Assembly (NCBI RefSeq): GCF_006345805.1 | Contig: NC_043001.1 | Span: forward strand, 135,098,001 to 135,162,000 | Length of the DNA stretch: 64,000 bases | Direction of reading: 5' to 3' | Source of the DNA: Octopus sinensis | Taxonomy: Eukaryota | Part shown: positions 11,835 through 24,000 of the stretch, in pieces | Layout of the letters: each line of letters opens with the position of its first letter | How positions within the stretch are numbered: the stretch's first letter is position 1 | The notes under the pieces: model-generated | The model's input: the letters and a program-made list of their open reading frames with translations, nothing else | Database searches by the model: none | Told to the model about the DNA's origin: nothing | Position numbers and translations under genes: made by a program

Positions 11835-12065
11835 GTTTCTTGTCGAAGATACATCTCGCTTTCACCTTCGAAACGTAGAGTAGATGAAACCATAGCGACT
11901 GAAGAAGGGGTTTTTTCTTTGTGTTAATTGTCCTGTACTCTATTTTTTTGTTGTTTAAAAAAATGTCCAGTTCCTTGGGTTTGTGTCTATGTTTTCGTTT
12001 CTCATTGTGTTCGACGTCTTTTTGGTGTCCTGTACTCATATATGCGTGTATATGTACATGTAAAG
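11835..12065 (+). mobile_element. Degenerate Penelope-type LTR fragment
   Basis: CTTCGAAACGTAGAG followed by CTGAAGAAGGGG, then a T-rich 3' segment. Similar layout at 21840-22015. Confidence 0.45.
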
Positions 12066-12198
12066 GTAGGTACGTATATATATGTTTATATATATGCATA
12101 TGTTTTATTTATTAAAACCCTTACCATAAAGCCACGATATGTATGTATGTATGTATTATGTATGTATGTGTGTAATTGTGTGTGTGTGTGTGTGTGTA

Positions 12199-12231
<33 letters not shown>

Positions 12232-12602
12232 GTGCGTGTGTGTGTGTGCATAATACATGCAATCTCTTGCTTCAGTCGCTGACTTGCGGCCATAGTGTTG
12301 TACCGCTTTGAAGGATTTTAGTCGGACAGATTGCTTCTAGTATTTATTATGGGGACGTAAACAAACCAACACCGTTTGTCTTAAGGTAGTGGGACATAGA
12401 CAAAGACACACACATATACATATATCGAGAGAGAGAGATGGGCTTCCACACAGTTTCCCTCTATCAAGTTCCTTCACAAAGCATTGGTGACCCAGGGCTA
12501 TACAGTAGGTGCCATATAGCAGGCCCGAACCCGAACCACACAGTTGCAAAGTGAGCTTAACCGCACAGCTATGTCTGCGCCTATACACACTTAGCTTTAA
12601 AT

Positions 12603-12750
12603 CAGTGGTTCTCAACCATTTTCCCGCCTATAGACCCCTTTCATTTCTATTCTACTTTACTGGACCTCTAAAAGCATTCAATATATTTAAGAAATATTCT
12701 ACTGTATTTCTATAATTAAATATTATTAGGAATTGTATGAAAAGATTATT
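12603..12750 (+). mobile_element. hAT-type MITE left end
   Basis: CAGTGGTTCTCAACC terminus. A similar end at about 49254. Confidence 0.55.
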
Positions 12751-12754
12751 AAAA

Positions 12755-13152
12755 TACTTTACTCTTTTACTTGTTTCAGTCCTTTGACTGCGGCCATGCT
12801 GGAGCACCACCTTTAGTCGAGCAAATCGATCCCGGGACTTATTCTTCGTAAGCCCAGTATTTATTCTATCGGTCTCTTTTGCCGAACCGCTAAGTGACGG
12901 GGACGTAAACACACCAACATTGGTTGTCAAGCAATGCTAGGGGAACAAACACAGACACAAACACACACACACATATATATATACATATATACGACGGGCT
13001 TCTTTCAGTTTCCGTCTACCAAATCCACACACAAGGCTTTGGTCGGCCCGAGGCTATAGTAGAAGACACTTGCCCAAGATGCCACGCAGTGGGACTGAAC
13101 CCGGAACCATGTGGTTGGTAAACAAGCTACTTACCACACAGCCACTCCTGCG
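12755..13152 (-). mobile_element. SINE family B, full length, consensus-like
   Basis: Complete head to tail with CpGs intact. Diverged neighbours at about 12262-12585 and 13225-13475. Confidence 0.92.
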
Positions 13153-13500
13153 TCCATATATACACTTTGTGTATTGTAAATGTATAAGCAATTTGCTACA
13201 CAATTTTAACAGCAAAATATTATATGTTTCAGTCATTGGTTTGAGGTCATACTGGGGCACCACCATGAGGAATTTTAGTCGGACGAATCTACCCCCGTAC
13301 TTATTTTTTTTTCTTTTAAGCCTGGTACTTATGCTATTGTTCTCTTTTGGCGAACCATTAGTTTACGGGATGTAAAAACACCAACACCGGTTGACAAGCG
13401 GTGATGGGGACAAACACAAGCACACATACATGTATATATATGTACATATACATATATATATATACACACACACATATATATATTATGTGTGTGTGCAAGG

Positions 13501-13547
<47 letters not shown>

Positions 13548-13553
<6 letters not shown>

Positions 13554-13818
13554 CAATCAAGGAACGGCCATAATAGGCCATTCACCCACTAGAAATAACA
13601 GCCAAAGCTTCAACCGCAAAATAACATTAATTCCGCAAACCAGGAGAAAATTAAAAAAAAACATTTAATTTTTAAAAATTTAAAAAATTTTTAAAATTAA
13701 AAAAAATTTTTTTTATTTTCTCCTGGCTTGCGGAATTAATGTTATTTTGCGGTTGAAGCTTTGGCTGTTATTTCTAGTGGGTGAATGGCCTATTATGGCC
13801 GTTCCTTGATTGTGATGT
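13548..13818. mobile_element. Foldback MITE-like palindrome
   Basis: ACATCACAATCAAGGAACGGCC... and ...GGCCGTTCCTTGATTGTGATGT, near-perfect arms of about 105 bp around an A/T-run spacer. Confidence 0.8.
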
Positions 13819-14463
13819 TGAACTTATAAATGGTCTATGACTATTTAATTTTTTCCCACTAGGCCGCTGGTGGCAAAATAATTCTACAAAATTTTTTGCC
13901 ACCCTATATTGATTAATAAATATATATATATATACATATATATACACATACATATATATAAGGGCCATATGGAATCCGGTTCAGAACAACTGTTTTAAGC
14001 TCTCAGATTTTAATAATCAAAGAAATATTAGGGTATAGTATAGGGCAACGCGCTCTATATTTTCTTGAAACGATCTCACGGCTCTCTTCTGTAACTAACC
14101 AATAAAACGCTTTGATCACATAGAACAAACGGCTTTTTGTGTCTTAAAAGCAGCTTCCTACTCCATAAAAAAAAATGTGTTTGTTTAAGTTTCCTGAAAG
14201 CCACAAATTCCTCGTAACAAATTTTCGAAACCACTTTTTTGCAACGCTACATAAATTCAAAGGTAACTGGCGTTTATTTATAGCCCCGTCCCTTCTACCG
14301 TTCTGGTTTCTAGTTTCATTCTTGATGAATTATTGTCTTCGGTAAATGTCCCAAATATTCATCTGACAGCAGTCTACTTCAGCAATTACCACAGCGATAA
14401 AACATCATCAACCTTTATCGTTATCTGAAGCAAACAAGGTGGAGATGCGCGTGTATAAGTGCC

Positions 14464-14590
<127 letters not shown>

Positions 14591-15485
14591 GATAAATTCT
14601 TGTTGGAATTGCAAGGAAGCCTGACCAGAGAAACAAATCTCACAATTTGCTATGATTCTATTTGATATTTTGATATATATATATTGGTGGAAAGTGACGT
14701 GAGGTCCCACCCACCCAAAACGCACACACACATGTAAACCCAACAAAAATAACAACGACAAAATAGTTAACACGCCGAGAAACAGAAATGTCTTTAACGT
14801 TTATATACATACATACAATGGCTGTCCATGCGTGACCAAGGAAGACCATCACTAACCATTAAGAACATTGTGCACTCAAATTTATACTTTACGCTTGTAG
14901 TTCCGCTAGTAACTAATGAGCCTAGCTGTTGATAAACTTACATATCCACAGATACTGCAGTTCAGGCTTCCCCCATTCGCTACACTGGCGAAGCATTTTC
15001 GAGCAGCTCGCTTAAATTTTGCATGAAAAATGCATATTTTTATTTCACAACCATCGGAGCGCAAAGCGCTATTCGCGAACGCACGTTCGTGAGATGGTTG
15101 TGATATATAAACAATTCCGTATAGGAACCGGAAAGAGAAGTATGAACACGCAATGCACATTTGCACACTGAGTTCATAAAGCGGAAGAGAAGAATAAAAA
15201 CGCAATGCCACTATAAAGTCAAACAGAGAGATCGTTGTTCGAGTTTCTCAGTTGGAGTCAGTGTCAGTTACGTGATATATACGAGATCGAGTTACCGTCA
15301 GGGTAGATGTCTCAAAGTCATTGTGGTGCGGAGCTATCAGCGATAGCACAATAGACGAGCAAAAGATAAGACACGGAATACCGCCACAACATAATAGTGA
15401 CGACAAGAATTTTCAGTGCCGACAAAAACATACAAGTGGTTGAGAATTCACACTATAACAGTGGGTACGAGGATATAAACAATAT

Positions 15486-15867
15486 GGAGGTGCAATGGCC
15501 CAGAGGTCAGGGCAGCGGACTCGCGGTCATAGGATCGCGGTTTCGATTCCCAGACCGGGCGTTGTGAGTGTTTATTGAGCGAAAACACCTAAAGCTCCAC
15601 GAGGCTCCGGCAGGGGATGGTGGTGATCCCTGCTGTACTCATTCACCACAACTTTCTCTCACTCTTACTTCCTGTTTCTGTTGTACCTGTATTTCAAGGG
15701 GCCGGCCTTGTCACTCTCTGTGTCACGCTGAATATCCCCGAGAACTACGTTAAGGGTACACGTGTCTGTGGAGTGCTCAGCCACTTACACGTTAATTTCA
15801 CGAGCGGGCTGTTCCGTTGATTCGGATCAGCCGGAACCCTCATCGTCGTAACCGACAGAGTGCTTCC
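15486..15867 (+). mobile_element. SINE family A, full length
   Basis: 11-bp TSD ATAAACAATAT at 15475-15485 and 15868-15878. Confidence 0.93.
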
Positions 15868-16703
15868 ATAAACAATATATACAGACGACGTTGAAAGATT
15901 TTTTTCACGTGGAGAAATTATAAAGTTGACAATGGCGTAATAAACATCTTTGTATATATTTTACGAAAACAGCGACAATTACAACTCAAAGAACAACAAG
16001 TGTTACATCAGCAAATGCCACAACTAATGAAGTTGGTTAAAAAAAAAAACCCGGAAAATACGTTTTTGCCAGATCATGTAGTAAATTCAAAAAATGAATT
16101 TAAATATGACCCGGAAGAAGGAGTCACCTTCGAGGCATATTCCCGAAGATTTTAACAAATTTTCGAAAAAGAATGCCAAAACTGAACGGACGAAATGAAA
16201 ACGCATCTAATTTTGAGGAAACTGGCAACGACAGAGCACGAGAAATACTGTAACTTTATATTGCCTAAAAAAGTTTCTGACATAAATTTCACGGATACAA
16301 TCGACATTTTATGTAAGATGTTCAGTGAAAAAACATCGTTGTTCAACACACGTTGGAAGTGTTTGAACGTTGAGAAAAGCGATTACGAAGACATTGTATA
16401 TGCGAGTAGAGTGAACAGAGAGTGCAAGAGATTTAAATTGAGTAAACTCTAGACTCGTTCAAATGCCTGATTTTTGCTCAGGGACTTACTGCTAAACAGG
16501 ACGCAGAAGTCAGGACGAAAAGTGAGAATCGAAATCACTAGTGTCAGAATGCATTTAGACACGGGGAGTGACATTACTATCATAAATGAAGAAACATGGA
16601 AGCAAATCGGTAAGCTGAAATTATTTAAATCAAATGAAGTCGACGTTTCAAAGTCCTTGTCTTGCAGAGCTATCAGCGTTGCACGATAGACGAGCAAAAT
16701 ATA

Positions 16704-17088
16704 GTGGAAGCACTCCGTCGGTTACGACGACGAGGGTTCCGGTTGATCCGAATCAACGGAACAGCCTGCTCGTGAAATTAACGTGTAAGTGGCTGAGCAC
16801 TCCACAGACACGTGTACCCTTAACGTAGTTCTCGGGGATATTCAGCGTGACACAGAGAGTGACAAGGCAGGCCCTTTGAAATACACGTACAACAGAAACA
16901 GGAAGTAAGAGTGAGAGAAAGTTGTGGTGAAAGAGTACAGCAGGGATCACCACCATCCCCTGCCGGAGCCTCGTGGAGCTTTAGGTGTTTTCGCTCAATA
17001 AACACTCACAACGCCCGGTCTGGGAATCGAAACCGCGATCCTATGACCGCGAGTCCGCTGCCCTAACCGCTGGGCCATTGCGCCTCCA
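16704..17088 (-). mobile_element. SINE family A, full length, inserted in the Gypsy LTR remnant
   Basis: 13-bp TSD CGAGCAAAATATA at 16691-16703 and 17089-17101. Confidence 0.93.
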
Positions 17089-17336
17089 CGAGCAAAATAT
17101 AATAAAACGCGGAATACCGTCACAACATGCAAGTAGACGAGGATCCACATTATAACATTCTCTTTCTCTTTTTAATTTTAGAACATATTTTGACCGGCCA
17201 TTTTTCTGATGATTAAAACATTCTTGAAAATTATTGGATGAAGCAATTATGTTTTTGACTGTGCACAACGATTCGTGTATGTTTCAGCTTTAAGTGTTTA
17301 CAGTTTTGTTTGTCTTTAATCACTTTGTCAACAAAA

Positions 17337-18677
17337 ATGGCGTCTCAAGTTAAACACGATCAAATGGTTGCATTAAAATCAGTAAAATATCTAACAATTA
17401 TATTGCAAAACAACTCAATGTGTGTTGTAAAATGTTGTGTAATGTCTGGAAATGTTATAATTAATCTGGCATGACATCAAGCAAGCCAATTCCAAGGCGT
17501 AAAATAACTATTCGCCCCGAACCTATGATTGATACTATAAGAGAGTTCACGTTGAAGCATACGAAAAATAACAAGAGAATTTGATATTTCAAAATCTTCA
17601 ATGCACAGGTTTGCTAAAGAGGATCTAAGGCTAAAGGCATATAAAAAGCAGCCCAGACAAGTAAACTCAGCAGCTTCAACGAAAGTACGGTTCGACAGGG
17701 GGAAAAAGATGTTAGCGGAGATGGACAGCGCCACAAAGTCTTCATTTGGAGTAATGAGATCTTCACTGTGAAGGTTGTTACGAAGAGAACGACAGGCTGT
17801 ACGTTGCTGATACTCAGGACTTGTGTGAAGGGAACCGAACCCATTTTCGTCATTAGAAACCATCTGGAGTTATGGTGTCGGCTACCGTAGCATCTGATGG
17901 GTCCAAGTCTCCTTTGATCTTCATTTATGAGAGTGTTAATGTGAATAGCATAGCTTAAGTCAGAACTTTGGAAGAAAACATGTCTTGGTTAAATGAAACA
18001 GTTGGAAACAGGTATGTCTTCACTCAAGACGGTGCCCCAGTCCGCACCTAGAATTTTATGCAAAAATGGTGCAGGGAACATTTTTGCAGTTTTTGAAACA
18101 AAAACTTTTGGCCTCCCACAAGCCCAGACATCGACCCAATGGACTTTTCTGCCTGGTATATCTTAGACCAGTGGTTTTCAACCAGGGTTCCGCGGAACCT
18201 TAGGGTTCCGCCAGTACAGTCCAGGGGTTCCGCAAGAAGTTACAAAACTGCTAAAATCGGCAGTAATTTTTAATTCTTATGTGCAGATATGTGCGCATAA
18301 GACTATTAAATTATTGCACAGGGGTTCCTCGAGCCAGTGGAATGTTTCCTTGGGGTTCCGCTCCAGCAAAACGTTTGAAAAGCACTGTCTTAGACAGTAA
18401 GGTCTTAGCTATCTCGTACTCAAGTGCGGAGAATTTGAAAGAAGCCCTTTTTATTGCGTGGAGTAAATTTGACGAAGTGGTACGGCGATATTGCATTTCA
18501 GTCAGCACTCGTTTGCAAGCCATGATCAAAGCAAGAGGTGGTCATTTTCAAATCTGATTCGTGTATTAGATAGGTAAAATACAGTGCTTGTAATTTAGGA
18601 AGTTTGACTGCCCTCTCTTGTATATATTATGAGTAATTACGAAAATATGAGAGGTAAATCTTCTGAGACACCCGGTA
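17337..18677 (+). mobile_element. Fossil Tc1/mariner-superfamily transposon (maT/DD37D-like), pseudogenised
   Basis: Translation FTQDGAP...FWPPTSPDIDPMDFSAWYILDSKV...LKEALFIAW...RLQAMIKARGGHF with stops. Right end CTTCTGAGACACCCGG|TA. Left TIR not found. Confidence 0.8.
18169..18387. mobile_element. hAT MITE inserted in the transposase
   Basis: TIR CAGTGGTTTTCAA / TTGAAAAGCACTG. 8-bp TSD TCTTAGAC at 18161-18168 and 18388-18395. Confidence 0.92.
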
Positions 18678-19164
18678 TTTAGTAGCAAGATTGTGAAGGA
18701 AAGTATCTCCTTTTAACCGTCGTCCATTAAATCTTAAGATCCTGCAGATTTTTATAGTCCCAGATATTGTGATCATGTGTAGCATATAAATTAAGGATTT
18801 GCATTCTCTCCCTAAGGTTCAGTTCTGGGGGTCTAGGGAGAGATTGGTATGTATCCTGTATGTATCTGTGTGTGTGTGTATGTGTGTGTATTACCTTAAG
18901 CACTTCATTCGCGAACAGAATTGCATATTTTACAATATATAAAGCGAAAGCGAAAGTAAGCGAGTATCTTACTCCTATAATTCTTATAGCAAAATTCCTC
19001 AGAATACTCTTGCAGAATACTCTTACTAATTGATAAAATATGACTTTTAAATAACAACAAATTGACATTTCTATCTTATCTCTCTTCCCTATCTTGATTA
19101 AAAGCTTATACAGGAAGCATATCTATCTGTCTCTCTGTCTGCCTGTCTACTTTCGTAAACAGTG

Positions 19165-19275
19165 TGGCACTCTAGATCGCGAGGTTGCGGTTTCGATTCC
19201 TGGACCAGGCGGCACTTTGTGTTCTTGAGCAAGTCACTTGATTTCGCGTTGCTCTGCGATCACTTCAACATCCGT
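19165..19275 (+). mobile_element. Diverged tRNA-SINE head fragment
   Basis: GCGGTTTCGATTCC B-box, then TGTGTTCTTGAGCAAGTCACTT (CORE-like). Confidence 0.55.
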
Positions 19276-19436
19276 CCTGTTGAACATCGCGCACTTGTAC
19301 AAGCAAAGTCCATTTGATTTTAGACATCTCTAGAGGGAATTCTGTATTTAGTATGAAGAATGCTGCTCTTCGGTATTTCACCTCATCCATCGTAATGATA
19401 TTCATTATCGCTACCACAATAGTCCTCTCTCCTCTG

Positions 19437-19507
<71 letters not shown>

Positions 19508-20522
19508 CACACGCACACAAACACTAGCAGACATGCACAGGCACACATACATATGTATTGACCACTCTGAGTGTAGCCAACTGAATAGAATATACTTTGC
19601 AGACCACTGACAAGGTGTAATAAGACTGAAACATGTCCTTTATTACCACCACTTGGCTTTTAAAGTCAATAGTCACGCCCATTCTAATAGTCAATATTTT
19701 CCAAAAATGCCGCTCAACTGCTCTTATTAGATTTACCTCCCTTACTTATTACTTTTAAATTTTAAACACATCCCCAGACGAAACTTGGATAATGCCAGCC
19801 GATGGAAAATTATCAACCCATTATTTTGACATATTTGTGACTCTATTTACATTAAAATGTATCGTTTCTAATGTCTTATTTCCAATGTCTTTAAAGTTTT
19901 CGGCTTCTTATCTTCGTTTCATTGTATTTCTTTCAACAGACATTTTCTTGCACATCAAATGAACAGTCGTGAAGTATCTTTATTGAGCCGTTTAATAGAA
20001 AGGCGCTGAAAGTTTCAACGTTCCTTGGTGTTTATCTTCAATATTTACTGTCTTTCAGCTTCACCAGACTGTTGTATACGCATTATTAAACAAAATGCTA
20101 TAAGCTAAGAGACAGCTTTGCTTAAATGTTACTGGTGGTGGTGTTGGTGGTGGTGGTGGTGGTGGTGATGATGACAACGATGGTGCTTGGTTGTCATGAA
20201 GACGGTTGGTTGGTAGCGATGCTGGTAGCTGTGGTAACACTCGTATGCTTTTACAAAGAAAATATTATGTGAAGTAGCAATATCTATATTAAACAACTGT
20301 GTGGCAACTCTTATCTTTACACACACAAACAAAATACACACACGCATATAAGCATGTATGTATGTACGTGTGTGTGTATGTGTATGTGTGTGTATATATA
20401 TATGTCTATATACATATATATTTTATATACAAACATATATCTTTATATACATTATATATATATATATATATGTCTATATACATATATCTTTATATACATA
20501 TATCTTTATATACATATATCTT

Positions 20523-20572
<50 letters not shown>

Positions 20573-20607
20573 TATATTCATATATATTTTTATATACAAA
20601 CATATAT

Positions 20608-20672
<65 letters not shown>

Positions 20673-21153
20673 GCATTTATGAAGATATCTTTACACACTC
20701 ACACACTTTATATATTTATATATACTGTATATATTATTCGTATTGATACGCCTCACCCATACACAGACATACTAAACCAGATCAAGAGAAAAATCACTTG
20801 ACAGAGTGGTCATAAGGTTACATACAACACGCTCCAGTTTCTTATCTGCAGACGTGCAGGTTCCTCTCACTGCTTTTTATACTGCTATTGTAATGGCCTC
20901 TGCTCCACTGAGTTCGCTAGTAACGTACCGTCTCCTCTCACTCACTTGTCCTTCCTCCTACTCTCATCATCTCATCCATATTGTACCTACTTCTTCTTCC
21001 GACACTATAACTAGCCACGACGTGCTCAGTTCCTTCTGTCCCAGAGCATAGGTTCTTTGGAAATACCTTTCTGTCCTTTAAGTGGAATGTTAAGAACATC
21101 ATCAATGCCTTCAGTCTAGCAGGGTCGACGAAGGTCGTAGGCACTTCTGGACA

Positions 21154-21236
<83 letters not shown>

Positions 21237-21407
21237 ATTATTCAAAGAAATTCCAACTCTGTCTATTTTTTATGTTTTATTTATATCCTTTATAATATTA
21301 ATGTAGAATATTGAATATATAGTATAAATAATATATATAGAGAGTAAAATGAAATGAAGTATTGATTGTCTTATTGAATAAATGAAATATTGAATATAAA
21401 ATATGAA

Positions 21408-21610
21408 AGGACATAACCGTGCCTTTAATCTGTATGTAGTTCTTTCCATTGAAGAAGAAAGTGTTGTTTTCCAGAATAAGTCTGACTGAGTCTAATATGA
21501 ATGTCACCGTGAATCTGTTGGGAATTGCTTCTCTATGTCTATCTACCCAGTATTTGAGCACCTTTATTCCTAAATCATGTGGGATATTGGTAGGACGCAA
21601 TGATAGATCG
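21408..21610 (-). mobile_element. Penelope-like element RT fragment
   Basis: Minus translation PTNIPHDLGIKVLKYWVDRH...RFTVTFILDSVRLILENNTFFFNGKNYIQIKGTVM matches the PLE RT pattern (TNIP...FNG..Y.Q..G..MG). Confidence 0.85.
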
Positions 21611-21786
21611 TTAGCTACTACACGCATTTTTTTCTCTCCTTGTTTTTTTTCTGTGTATCTTTCTGTAGAAGAGCATAGGCTCGAAACGTAAAAGAATTTT
21701 TCTATTCCTGAGCGCTGTACTAATACATTTGTTTGTTTGTACTCCACCTGCCTCCGTCTTTTGTTTATTTTCGTAAACTTTCCCTT

Positions 21787-21790
<4 letters not shown>
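21611..21790 (+). mobile_element. Penelope-type pseudo-LTR with hammerhead-like motif, inverted relative to the adjacent RT fragment
   Basis: TCTTT-CTGTAGA-A-GAGC-atag-GCTC-GAAA-CG-TA-AAAGA at 21658-21695. Same family at 33449-33625 and truncated at 48235-48314. Confidence 0.75.
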
Positions 21791-21846
<56 letters not shown>

Positions 21847-22029
21847 CTCGAAATACGAGGCTAGAAAAACAGCCAACAACTGAAGAAGGGTCGTTCTTTA
21901 TGTTTTTTGTTTTCCATTTGTGTCTTTGGTTGTTCGAAAGAATAGTTCATGTACTTGTGCTTCGTAGTTTTTTCTTGTACACGTTTCGTGACGTCCTGTG
22001 CCCACATATGCACATATATATACGTATAG

Positions 22030-23310
22030 AAAACGCGAATGGAACAATAACATCCATCATAAAGAACATAAAGACAGACGAAAACAATCTAAAATACATA
22101 TATACAAATACATCTCCATTGCTAGTTTATGAGCGATTTGTGTATTTTTAAAGGTGTGTAATGTTTAATATCTCGTGAATTTGTACCTCTGTTGTTCTGA
22201 CTTGCTCTGTAGGAATATCCGTTGTTGATTAATCTTTGCTTATTCTGTGGATTCCTTCATCTAGTTCTTCGTTTGCGAAAGGACTCTAAATACCTTTTTT
22301 AAGAAGGGATTTTACAACTGACATTTTGGTGGTGTGTAGAGAATTGCTGTTTCCATGTAAGTATACGCATTTGTGTTTCTCGTGTACACATTCACACACA
22401 CGGATGTTGGATCTGTTCCTTTTAATCTGGATGTTTATACCTAGCAATGTTGTATTTGTTTTTATTTGGATGTTAAATTTTCTCATTACTTTATTCTTTA
22501 TTTGTAGATAGAATACCGTGAACCCATGGCGATTCTTTTTTGTTTATATAAATTTTCTTCTGAGCAGGGAAAAGATACTTCTGCTGTAAACGTTAGAAAT
22601 AAAATCTACAAGAAGTCTGATTGTAAGACGCGTGGTTTTAATTTAAGGTGTTTACAGACAATATCTAGGATCTTTTCGGTTTGAACGGCAGTTTTCAACA
22701 TAATTTCTAGGTAACTAAAAAATTTTAAACTTCGTGTACTGGTAGAATGTGTTTATAAAACATCTTTTTCTCTTGGCTTTATTGAGAAAATTCTATAGTT
22801 TGTAAGATATTTGTTGTTCTTTTTCTTCAGTTTCTGCAATTTCAACCAATCACTGACGTCTATTGAGGTAAAAAAAAACATTCTGTGCCGTATGAATATG
22901 TCCCTCGTTTAAGAAACAGATTGGGTTTATTTACATTTGTGAAGAAAAAAAGATACACTTCCCCCCACCCCTAACCCTAACCCTAAAACAGATTGAAATG
23001 CAATAGATCGATACTAGGGTCATAATTATGGGTGACAATTTCATATGACACCGCTAGAAAAAACTGCCGTTCAAACCGAAAAGATCCCAATATCTAAGAT
23101 AACTTCAATTATTTCTGTGACGAGAACATTGATAACCAAACCTTCGACAATTAGAGCGAACACGGTGCCTATTTCGTTGGTTTCTTTCAAAATCTTTAGA
23201 ATTTCTTCAAATCACCAAATATATTTCTCTTGCGCACATTTAAAAATAACGCTATCATCTACTTGTTTGTCGATTTTCATTATTTTATCGCAGTCATAAT
23301 CTCTCTTTTT
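22030..23310 (-). mobile_element. Second Penelope-like RT fragment, interrupted by a MITE
   Basis: Minus translation across the MITE: INVLVTEIIEVILDIV...NLYKQKRIAMGS, then YLHGNSNSLHTTKMSVVKSLLKK...EELDEGIHRI (PLE RT and thumb pattern). Many stops and frameshifts. Confidence 0.7.
22668..23087. mobile_element. Mutator-like (MULE) MITE
   Basis: 28-bp TIR GGATCTTTTCGGTTTGAACGGCAGTTTT. 9-bp TSD CAATATCTA at 22659-22667 and 23088-23096. Internal (CCCTAA)3. Confidence 0.88.
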
Positions 23311-23544
23311 TTAGACAAACATCACGGTAGTCCAACAACAGAGAGAGAAGGAGTTTGTCAAGTTTAACTTTCCCCTCAAAGCAACATAGAAATTTCAATT
23401 CAGCAACTCGTCTGTAAGCTTGCAGTGTGTATATATATGTGTGTGTGTGTGTGTGAGAGAAAGAGAAAGGCAAACATTGCAAGCAATGAATGAAATAAAC
23501 ATGAAATGAAAAAATTGTATAAATAAAAGGGCATTACTACAGAT

Positions 23545-24000
23545 GTATACGCCCCCAAACTTTGTTGTCTCATGACATCCAGAAAATGGATATTTTTTAC
23601 CAAGATTTTCTACAAATACCGCTTAGATGTTGTGGCTTCAGAGTATATAGGGATTTATGGGAAATAATTTTTCCGAGGGGGTAGAGAGAGGAGTTTCGGA
23701 AAATTCACATGATCTGACTTTTTTCCTTCATAACTTTCAGAAAGATGGGTATCTTTTAATGAAAATTTATACAAACCTCTTTCAAACGGCATAGATTACG
23801 ATTATAAAGAAATTTGTGGGGAAAACTTTTCGGGGATTTTCCCATTTTTTTAAACCACTGCCTTTTGAAGGCAAAATGATGGGGTTGTTGGGAGGGGGGT
23901 TGCATCTTTGTATGAAAAAGTTTTGAAAATTCTTTATAATTACATCCCCCTCCCTCATCCCATTCAGGACCTATTTTGGCCAAAGAGCTTTTACGGTAAA
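23545..24000. repeat. Unclassified interspersed repeat with internal subrepeats
   Basis: Clear similarity to 28500-28800 (GAGTTTCGGAAAATTCAC, CTTTCAAACGGC.TAGATTACGATTA). Confidence 0.6.

Larger units (their letters stand above)
15236..17127 (+). mobile_element. Decayed Ty3/Gypsy-type LTR retroelement (gag-protease fragment, LTR remnants)
   Basis: About 16100-16640 encodes PEEGVTFEAY...KLATTEHEKYCNFILPKK...SLFNTRWKCL...RVNRECKRFKL and protease motif HLDTGSDITII, with frameshifts. Direct repeat segment 15306-15391 vs 16642-17127 (the latter interrupted by a SINE). Confidence 0.75.

Noticed and set aside
14906-15211. 101-aa minus-strand ORF with Cys/His residues
   Set aside because: No recognisable domain and no convincing splice sites.
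20299-20801. Long ORFs rich in IY, CV, HT or ER repeats (also 14386-14773, 31915-32182, 60702-61215 and others)
   Set aside because: Translations of dinucleotide microsatellites, which lack stops by construction. No coding signal.
22969-22986. Interstitial telomere or chromosome fusion scar
   Set aside because: Only three hexamers, internal to a MITE that is present twice.
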